A stretch of DNA of 64,000 nt, taken from NCBI RefSeq assembly GCF_009914755.1, contig NC_060946.1. One strand, given 5' to 3'. Made by a program: the position numbers and the translations under genes. This DNA is from the human T2T-CHM13v2.0 reference genome, Homo sapiens. Each line of letters opens with the position of its first letter. The stretch's first letter is position 1. The notes under the pieces are model-generated. The model saw nothing but the letters and a program-made list of their open reading frames with translations, had not been told where the DNA came from and ran no database searches. This document shows positions 1-10,200 of the stretch, in pieces.

Positions 1-236
1 GGTGAGTGCATACGTCATAAAGGAGTTTCTGAGAATGTTTCTGTCTAGTGGTTATGGGAAGATATTTGCTTTTTCACCGTAGGCCTCAGAGCGCTCCAAA
101 TATCCACTTGCACATACTACAAAAAGAGTGCCTCAAAGCTGCTCTCTGAAACGGAATGTTCAACTCTATGAGTTGAATGCAAACATCACAAAGACGTTTC
201 TGAGAATGCTTCTGTCTAGATTTGATATGAAGATAT

Positions 237-253
237 TCCCGTTTCCAACGAAA
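237..253 (-). promoter_or_regulatory. CENP-B box 1 of the HOR (recurs every ~1364 bp)
   Basis: tcccgtttccaacgaaa is the reverse complement of TTTCGTTGGAAACGGGA, matching the consensus YTTCGTTGGAARCGGGA. Confidence 0.97.
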
Positions 254-574
254 TCTTCAAATCTATCCAAATGTCCACTTGCAGATTCAACAAAATGTGT
301 TTTTCAGAACTGCTCTATCAAAAGAAAGATCCACCTCTGTTAGCTGAGTTCACACATCACAAACAAGTTTATGAGAATGCTTCTGTCTAGTTTTTATTTG
401 AAGATATTTCCTTTCTCACCATAGACCTGAAAGCTGTCCTAATGTTCACTTCCAGATACTACAGAAAGAGTGTTTCAAAACTGCTGTACGAAAGGGAATG
501 TTCAACTCTGTGACTTGAATGCACACATCACAAAGAAGTTTCTGAGGATGCTGCTGTCTACTTTTTATACGTAA

Positions 575-591
575 TCCCGTTTCCAACGAAA
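575..591 (-). promoter_or_regulatory. CENP-B box 2 of the HOR (next to the 4-bp deletion)
   Basis: tcccgtttccaacgaaa preceded by tatacgtaa, 338 bp from box 1. Confidence 0.97.
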
Positions 592-745
592 TCCTCCAAG
601 CTATCCAAATATCCACTTGCAGATTCCACAGAAAGACTGTTTCAAAACTGCTCTGTCTATAGAAAGGTTCAACTCTGTTAGCTGCGTGCATATATCCCAA
701 AGACGATTCTGAGATTGCTTCTGTCTAGTTTTTATGGGAAGATAT

Positions 746-762
746 TTCCCTTTTCACCGTAG
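746..762. promoter_or_regulatory. A-box (pJalpha-like motif) of an A-type monomer, alternating with CENP-B boxes
   Basis: ttcccttttcaccgtag lies 171 bp before box 3 at the homologous position. Variants occur near 66, 408 and 1087. It resembles the pJalpha motif TTCCTTTTYCACCRTAG. Binding is not demonstrated. Confidence 0.7.
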
Positions 763-916
763 GCGTCAAGGCGCTCCAAATGTCCACTTCCAGATGCTAC
801 AAAAAGAGTGTTTCAAACCTACTCTGTGAAAGGGAATATTCAACTCTGTGACTTGAATGCAGATATCACAAAGAAGTTTCTGAGAATGCTTCTGTCGAGA
901 TTTTATATGAAGATAT

Positions 917-933
917 TCCCGTTTCCAACGAAA
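917..933 (-). promoter_or_regulatory. CENP-B box 3 of the HOR (intact here, polymorphic along the array)
   Basis: tcccgtttccaacgaaa followed by tcctgaaa. Confidence 0.97.
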
Positions 934-1257
934 TCCTGAAATCTATCCAAATATCCCCTTGCAGATTCTACAAAAAGAGTGTTTCAAAACTGCTCTGTAA
1001 AAAGAAAGGTTCAACTCTGTTAGTTGAGTACACACATCACAACAAGTTTCACAGAATGCTTCTTTCTAGCTTGTAGGGGAAGATATTTCCTTTATCACCA
1101 TGGGCCTCAAACCATCCGAAACGTCCACTTCCATATACTAAAAAAAGAGTGTTTGAAACCTGCTCTATGAAAGGCAATGTTCAACTCTGTGACTTGAATG
1201 CAGACATCACAGAGCAGTTTCTGAGAATGCTTCTGTCCAGACTTTATAGGAAGATAT

Positions 1258-1274
1258 TCCCGTTTCCAACGAAA
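1258..1274 (-). promoter_or_regulatory. CENP-B box 4 of the HOR
   Basis: tcccgtttccaacgaaa preceded by ataggaagatat. Confidence 0.97.
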
Positions 1275-4200
1275 CCTTCACAGCTATCCAAATATCCACT
1301 TGCAGATACTACAAAAAGAATGTATCAAAAATGCTCTGTCAAAAGGAAAGTTCTTCTCTGCTAGTTGAGTACATACGTCATAAAGAAGTTTCTGAGAATG
1401 TTTCTGTCTAGTGGTTATGGGAAGATATTTGCTTTTTCACCGTAGGCCTCAGAGCGCTCCAAATGTCCACTTGCACATGCTACAAAAAGAGTGCTTCAAA
1501 GCTGCTCTCTGAAAGGGAATGTTCAACTCTATGAGTTGAATGTAAACATCACAAAGACGTTTCTGAGAATGCTTCTGTCTAGATTTTATATGAAGATATT
1601 CCCGTTTCCAACGAAATCTTCAAATCTATCCCAATGTCCACTTGCAGATTCAACAAAAAGTGTTTTTCACAACTGCTGTATCAAAAGAAAGATCCACGTC
1701 TGTTAGCTGAGTTCACACATCACAAAGAAGTTTATGAGAATGCTTCTGTCTAGTTTTTATTTGAAGATATTTCCTTTCTCACCATAGACCTGAAAGCTGT
1801 CGTAATGTTTACTTCCAGATACTACAGAAAGAGTGTTTCAAAACTGCTGTACGAAACGGAATGTTCAACTCTGTGACTTGAATGCACACATCACAAAGAA
1901 GTTTCTGAGGATGCTGCTGTCTACTTTTTATACGTAATCCCGTTTCCAACGAAATCCTCCAAGCTATCCAAATATCCACTTGCAGATTCCACAGAAAGAC
2001 TGTTTCAAAACTGCTCTGTCAATAGAAAGGTTCAACTCTGTTAGCTGCGTGCATATATCCCAAAGAAGATTCTGAGATTGCTTCTGTCTAGTTTTTTTGG
2101 GAAGATATTTCCCTTTTCACCGTAGGCGTCAAGGCGCTCCAAATGTCCACTTCCAGATACTACAAAAAGAGTGTTTCAAACCTACTCTGTGAAAGGGAAT
2201 ATTCAACTCTGTGACTTGAATGCACATATCACAAAGAAGTTTCTGAGAATGCTTCTGTCGAGATTTTATATGAAGATATTCCCGTTTCCAACGAAATCCT
2301 GAAATCTATCCAAATATCCCCTCGCAGATTCTACAAAAAGAGTGTTTCAAAACTGCTCTGTAAAAAGAAAGGTTCAACTCTGTTAGTTGAGTACACACAT
2401 CACAAACAAGTTTCACAGAATGCTTCTTTCTAGCTTGTAGGGGAAGATATTCCCTTTATCACCATGGTCCTCAAACCGTCCGAAACGTCCACTTCCATAT
2501 ACTACAAAAAGCAGCGTTTCAAACCTACTCTATGAAAGGCAATGTTCAACTCTGTGACTTGAATGCAGACATCACAGAGCAGTTTCTGAGAATGCTTCTG
2601 TCCAGACTTTATAGGAAGATATTCCCGTTTCCAACGAAATCTTCACAGCTATCCAAATATCCACTTGCAGATACTACAAAAAGAATATATCAAAAATGCT
2701 CTGTCAAAAGGAAAGTTCTTCTCTGCTAGTTGAGTGCATACGTCATAAAGGAGTTTCTGAGAATGTTTCTGTCTAGTGGTTATGGGAAGATATTTGCTTT
2801 TTCCCCCTAGGCCTCAGAGCGCTCCAAATGTCCACTTGCACATGCTACAAAAAGAGTGCTTCAAAGCGGCTCTCTGAAAGGGAATCTTCAACTGTATGAG
2901 TTGAATGCAAACATCACAAAGACGTTTCTGAGAATGCTTCTGTCTAGATTTGATATGACGATATTCCCGTTTCCAACGAAATCTTCAAATCTATCCAAAT
3001 GTCCACTTGCAGATTCAACAAAAAGTGTTTTTCAGAACTGCTCTATCAAAAGAAAGATCCACCTCTGTTAGCTGAGTTCACACTTCACAAACAAGTTTAT
3101 GAGAATGCTTCTGTCTAGTTTTTATTTGAAGATATTTCCTTTCTCACCATAGACCTGAAAGCTGTCCTAATGTTCACTTCCAGATACTACAGAAAGAGTG
3201 TTTCAAAACTGCTGTACGAAAGGGAATGTTCAACTCTGTGACTTGAATGCACACATCACAAAGAAGATTCTGAGGATGCTGCTGTCTACTTTTTGTACGT
3301 AATCCCGTTTCCAACGAAATCCTCCAAGCTATCCAAATATCCACTTGCAGATTCCACAGAAAGACTGTTTCAAAAGTGCTCTCTCAATAGAAAGGTTCAA
3401 CTCTGTTAGCTGCGTGCATATATCCCAAAGAAGATTCTGAGATTGCTTCTGTCTAGTTTTTATGGGAAGATATTTCCCTTTTCACCGTAGGCGTCAAGGC
3501 GCTCCAAATGTCCACTTCCAGATATTACAAAAAGAGTGTTTCAAACCTACTCTGTGAAAGGGAATATTCAACTCTGTGACTTGAATGCACATATCACAAA
3601 GAAGTTTCTGAGAATGCTTCTGTCGAGATTTTATATGAAGATATTCCCGTTTCCAACGAAATCCTGAAATCTATCCAAATATCCCCTCGCAGATTCTACA
3701 AAAAGAGTGTTTCAAAACTGCTCTGTAAAAAGAAAGGTTCAACTCTGTTAGTTGAGTACACACATCACAAACAAGTTTCACAGAATGCTTCTTTCTAGCT
3801 TGTAGGGGAAGATATTCCCTTTATCACCATGGTCCTCAAACCGTCCGAAACGTCCACTTCCATATACTACAAAAAGAGCGTTTCAAACCTGCTCTATGAA
3901 AGGCAATGTTCAACTCTGTGACTTGAATGCAGACATCACAGAGCAGTTTCTGAGAATGCTTCTGTCTAGATTTTATAGGAAGATATTCCCGTTTCCAACG
4001 AAATCTTCACAGCTATCCAAATATCCACTTGCAGATTCTACAAAAAGAGTGTATCAAAACTGCTCTGTCAAAAGGAAGGTTCTTCTCTGTTAGTTGAGTA
4101 CATACGTCATAAAGGAGTTTCTGAGAACGTTTCTGTCTAGTGGTTATGGGAAGATAATTGCTTTTGCACCGTAGGCCTCAGAGCGCTCCAAATATCCACT

Positions 4201-7200
4201 TGCACATACTACAAAAAGAGTGCTTCAAAGGTGCTCTCTGAAAGAGAATGTTCAACTCTATGAGTTGAATGCAAACATCACAAAGACGTTTCTGAGAATG
4301 CTTCTGTCTAGATTTGATATGAAGATATTCCCGTTTCCAACGAAATCTTCAAATCTATCCAAATGTCCACTTGCAGATTCAACAAAAAGTGTTTTTCAGA
4401 ACTGCTCTATCAAAAGAAAGATCCACCTCTGTTAGCTGAGTTCACACATCAGAAACAAGTTTATGAGAATGCTTCTGTCTAGTTTTTATTTGAAGATATT
4501 TCCTTTCTCACCATAGACCTGAAAGCTGTCCTAATGTTCACTCCCAGATACTACAGAAAGAGTGTTTCAAAACTGCTGTACGAAAGGGAATGTTCAACTC
4601 TGTGACTTGAATGCACACATCACAAAGAAGTTTCTGAGGATGCTGCTGTCTACTTTTTATACGTAATCCCGTTTCCAACGAAATCCTCCAATCTATCCAA
4701 ATATCCACTTGCAGATTCCACAGAAAGACTGTTTCAAAACTGCTCTGTCAATAGAAAGGTTCAACTCTGTTAGCTGCGTGCATATATCCCAAAGAAGATT
4801 CTGAGATTGCTTCTGTCTAGTTTTTATGGGAAGATATTTCCCTTTTCACCGTAGGCGTCAAGGCGCTCCAAATGTCCACTTCCAGATACTACAAAAGGAG
4901 TGTTTCAAACCTACTCTGTGGAAGGGAATATTCAACTCTGTGACTTGAATGCAGATATCACAAAGAAGTTTCTGAGAATGCTTCCGTCGAGATTTTATAT
5001 GAAGATATTCCCGTTTCCAACGAAATCCTGAAATCTATCCAAATATCCCCTCGCAGATTCTACAAAAAGAGTGTTTCAAAACTGCTCTGTAAAAAGAAAG
5101 GTTCAACTCTGTTAGTTGAGTACACACATCACAAACAAGTCTCACAGAATGCTTCTTTCTAGCTTGTAGGGGAAGATATTTCCTTTATCACCGTGGTCCT
5201 CAAACCGTCCGAAACGTCCACTTCCATATACTACAAAAAGAGCGTTTGAAACCTGCTCTTTGAAAGGCAATGTTCAACTCTGTGACTTGAATGCAGACAT
5301 CACAGAGCAGTTTCTGAGAATGCTTCTGTCCAGACTTTATAGGAAGATATTCCCGTTTCCAACGAAATCTTCACAGCTATCCAAATATCCACTTGCAGAT
5401 AGTACAAAAAGAGTGTATCAAAAATGCTCTGTCAAAAGGAAAGTTCTTCTCTGCTAGTTGAGTACATACGTCATAAAGGAGTTTCTGAGAATGTTTCTGT
5501 CTAGTGGTTATGGGAAGATATTTGCTTTTTCCCCCTAGGCCTCAGAGCGCTCCAAATGTCCACTTGCACATGCTACAAAAAGAGTGCTTCAAAGCGGCTC
5601 TCTGAAAGGGAATCTTCAACTGTATGAGTTGAATGCAAACATCACAAAGACGTTTCTGAGAATGCTTCTGTCTAGATTTGATATGACGATATTCCCGTTT
5701 CCAACGAAATCTTCAAATCTATCCAAATGTCCATTTGCAGATTCAACAAAAAGAGTTTTTCAAAACTGTTATATCAAAAGAAAGATCCACATCTGTTAGC
5801 TGAGTTCACACATCACAAACTAGTTTAAGAGAATGCTTCTGTCTAGTTTTTATTTGAAGATATTTCCTTTCTCACCATAGACCTGAAAGCTGTCCTAATG
5901 TTCACTTCCAGATACTACAGAAAGAGTGTTTCAAAACTGCTGTATGAAATGGAATGTTCAACTCTGTGACTTGAATGCACACATCACAAAGAAGTTTCTG
6001 AGGATGCTGCTGTCTACTTTTTATAGGTAATCCCGTTTCCAACGAAATCCTCCAAGCTATCCAAATATCCACTTGTAGATTCCACAGAAAGACTGTTTCA
6101 AAACTGCTCTGTCAATAGAAAGGTTCAACTCTGTTAGCTGCGTGCATATATCCCAAAGAAGATTCTGAGATTGCTTCTGTCTAGTTTTTTTGGGAAGATA
6201 TTTCCCTTTTCACCGTAGGCGTCAAGGCGCTCCAAATGTCCACTTCCAGATACTACAAAAAGAGTGTTTCAAACCTACTCTGTGAAAGGGAATATTCAAC
6301 TCTGTGACTTGAATGCACATATCACAAAGAAGTTTCTGAGAATGCTTCTGTCGAGATTTTATATGAAGATATTCCCGTTTCCAACGAAATCCTGAAATCT
6401 ATCCAAATATCCCCTCGCAGATTCTACAAAAAGAGTGTTTCAAAACTGCTCTGTAAAAAGAAAGGTTCAACTCTGTTAGTTGAGTACACACATCACAAAC
6501 AAGTTTCACAGAATGCTTCTTTCTAGCTTGTAGGGGAAGATATTCCCTTTATCACCATGGTCCTCAAACCGTCCGAAACGTCCACTTCCATATACTACAA
6601 AAAGAGCGTTTCAAACCTGCTCTATGAAAGGCAATGTTCAACTCTGTGACTTGAATGCAGACATCACAGAGCAGTTTCTGAGAATGCTTCTGTCCAGACT
6701 TTATAGGAAGATATTCCCGTTTCCAACGAAATCTTCACAGCTATCCAAATATCCACTTGCAGATACTACAAAAAGAATGTATCAAAAATGCTCTGTCAAG
6801 AGGAAAGTTCTTCTCTGCTAGTTGAGTGCATACGTCATAAAGAAGTTTCTGAGAATGTTTCTGTCTAGTGGTTATGGGAAGATATTTGCTTTTTCCCCGT
6901 AGACCTCAGAGCGCTCCAAATGTCCACTTGCACATGCTACAGAAAGAGTGCTTCAAAGCTGCTCTCTGAAACGGAATGTTCAACTCTATGAGTTGAATGC
7001 AAACATCACAAAGACGTTTCTGAGAATGCTTCTGTCTAGATTTGATATGAAGATATTCCCGTTTCCAACGAAATCTTCAAATCTATCCAAATGTCCACTT
7101 GCAGATTCAACAAAAAGTGTTTTTCAGAACTGCTCTATCAAAAGAAAGATCCACCTCTGTTAGCTGAGTTCACACATCACAAACAAGTTTATGAGAATGC

Positions 7201-10200
7201 TTCTGTCTAGTTTTTATTTGAAGATATTTCCTTTCTCACCATAGACCTGAAAGCTGTCCTAATGTTCACTTCCAGATACTACAGAAAGAGTGTTTCAAAA
7301 CTGCTGTACGAAAGGGAATGTTCAACTCTGTGACTTGAATGCACACATCACAAAGAAGTTTCTGAGGATGCTGCTGTCTACTTTTTATACGTAATCCCGT
7401 TTCCAACGAAATCCTCCAAGCTATCCAAATATCCACTTGCAGATTCCACAGAAAGACTGTTTCAAAACTGCTCTGTCAATAGAAAGGTTCAACTCTGTTA
7501 GCTGCGTGCATATATCCCAAAGAAGATTCTGAGATTGCTTCTGTCTAGTTTTTATGGGAAGATATTTCCCTTTTCACCGTAGGCGTCAAGGCGCTCCAAA
7601 TGTCCACTTCCAGATACTACAAAAAGAGTGTTTCAAACCTACTCTGTGAAAGGGAATATTCAACTCTGTGACTTGAATGCACATATCACAAAGAAGTTTC
7701 TGAGAATGCTTCTGTCGAGATTTTATATGAAGATATTCCCGTTTCCAACGAAATCCTGAAATCTATCCAAATATCCCCTCGCAGATTCTACAAAAAGAGT
7801 GTTTCAAAACTGCTCTGTAAAAAGAAAGGTTCAACTCTGTTACTTGAGTACACACATCACAAACAAGTTTCACAGAATGCTTCTTTCTAGCTTGTAGGGG
7901 AAGATATTCCCTTTATCACCATGGTCTTCAAACCGTCCGAAACGTCCACTTCCATATACTACAAAAAGAGTGTTTCAAACCTGCTCTATGAAAGGCAATG
8001 TTCAACTCTGTGACTTGAATGCAGACATCACAGAGCAGTTTCTGAGAATGCTTCTGTCTAGATTTTATAGGAAGATATTCCCGTTTCCAACGAAATCTTC
8101 ACAGCTATCCAAATATCCACTTGCAGATTCTACAAAAAGAGTGTATCAAAACTGCTCTGTCAAAAGGAAGGTTCTTCTCTGTTAGGTGAGTGCATACGTC
8201 ATAAAGGAGTTTCTGAGAATGTTTCTGTCTAGTGGTTATGGGAAGATATTTGCTTTTTCCCCGTAGACCTCAGAGCGCTCCAAATGTCCACTTGCACATG
8301 CTACAAAAAGAGTGCTTCAAAGCTGCTCTCTGAAAGGGAATGTTCAACTCTATGAGTTGAATGTAAACATCACAAAGACGTTTCTGAGAATGCTTCTGTC
8401 TAGATTTGATATGAAGATATTCCCGTTTCCAACGAAATCTTCAAATCTATCCAAATGTCCACTTGCAGATTCAACAAAAAGTGTTTTTCAAAACTGCTGT
8501 ATCAAAAGAAAGATCCACGTCTGTTAGCTGAGTTCACACATCCAAACAAGTTTATGAGAATGCTTCTGTCTAGTTTTTATTTGAAGATATTTCCTTTCTC
8601 ACCATAGACCTGAAAGCTGTCCTAATGTTCACTTCCAGATACTACAGAAAGAGTGTTTCAAAACTGCTGTACGAAAGGGAATGTTCAACTCTGTGACTTG
8701 AATGCACACATCACAAAGAAGTTTCTGAGGATGCTGCTGTCTACTTTTTATACGTAATCCCGTTTCCAACGAAATCCTCCAAGCTATCCAAATATCCACT
8801 TGCAGATTCCACAGAAAGACTGTTTCAAAACTGCTCTGTCAATAGAAAGGTTCAACTCTGTTAGCTGCGTGCATATATCCCAAAGAAGATTTTGAGATTG
8901 CTTCTGTCTAGTTTTTATGGGAAGATATTTCCCTTTTCACCGTAGGTGTCAAGGCTCTCCAAATGTCCACTTCCAGACACTACAAAAAGAGTGTTTCAAA
9001 CCTACTCTGTGAAAGGGAATATTCAACTCTGTGACTTTAATGCACATATCTCAAAGAAGTTTCTGAGAATGCTTCTGTCGAGATTTTATATGAAGATATT
9101 CCCGTTTCCAAAGAAATCCTGAAATCTATCCAAATATCCCCTCGCAGATTCTACAAAAAGAGTGTTTCAAAACTGCTCTGTAAAAAGAAAGGTTCAACTC
9201 TGTTAGTTGAGTACACACATCACAAACAAGTTTCACAGAATGCTTCTTTCTAGCTTGTAGGGGAAGATATTCCCTTTATCACCATGGGCCTCCAACCGTC
9301 CGAAACGTCCACTTCCATATACTACAAAAAGAGCGTTTCAAACCTGCTCTAGGAAAGGCAATGTTCAACTCTGTGACTTGAATGCAGACATCACAGAGCA
9401 GTTTCTGAGAATGCTTCTGTCTAGATTTTATAGGAAGATATTCCCGTTTCCAACGAAATCTTCACAGCTATCCAAATATCCACTTGCAGATTCTACAAAA
9501 AGAGTGTATCAAAACTGCTCTGTCAAAAGGAAGGTTCTTCTCTGTTAGGTGAGTGCATACGTCATAAAGGAGTTTCTGAGAATGTTTCTGTCTAGTGGTT
9601 ATGGGAAGATATTTGCTTTTTCACCGTAGGCCTCAGAGCGCTCCAAATATCCACTTGCACATACTACAAAAAGAGTGCCTCAAAGCTGCTCTTTGAAACG
9701 GAATGTTCAACTCTATGAGTTGAATGCAAACATCACAAAGACGTTTCTGAGAATGCTTCTGTCTAGATTTGATATGAAGATATTCCCGTTTCCAACGAAA
9801 TCTTCAAATCTATCCAAATGTCCACTTGCAGATTCAACAAAAAGTGTTTTTCAGAACTGCTCTATCAAAAGAAAGATCCACCTCTGTTAGCTGAGTTCAC
9901 ACATCACAAACAAGTTTATGAGAATGCTTCTGTCTAGTTTTTATTTGAAGATATTTCCTTTCTCACCATAGACCTGAAAGCTGTCCTAATGTTCACTTCC
10001 AGATACTACAGAAAGAGTGTTTCAAAACTGCTGTACGAAAGGGAATGTTCAACTCTGTGACTTGAATGCACACATCACAAAGAAGTTTCTGAGGATGCTG
10101 CTGTCTACTTTTTATACGTAATCCCGTTTCCAACGAAATCCTCCAAGCTATCCAAATATCCACTTGCAGATTCCACAGAAAGACTGTTTCAAAACTGCTC

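Larger units (their letters stand above)
128..1490 (-). repeat. Representative 8-mer HOR unit; likely SF2 chr14/22 active HOR (D14Z9/D22Z1, historical alphaXT family)
   Basis: Seen: four A/B dimers, with box-to-box spacings of 338+342+342+342=1364 (341 once in this copy). XbaI TCTAGA at 215 and TaqI TCGA at 895 are 680 bp apart. Recalled: the chr14/22 live HOR is an SF2 8-mer historically defined by a 680-bp XbaI-TaqI fragment. I cannot separate chr14 from chr22 by eye. Confidence 0.75.

Noticed and set aside
89-96. Short palindrome gagcgctc as a cruciform or regulatory site
   Set aside because: It is too short to be significant without folding calculations and is simply part of the HOR consensus.
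446-700. Unique 84-aa minus-strand ORF
   Set aside because: It arises from private substitutions in one HOR copy that remove a stop. There is no coding evidence.
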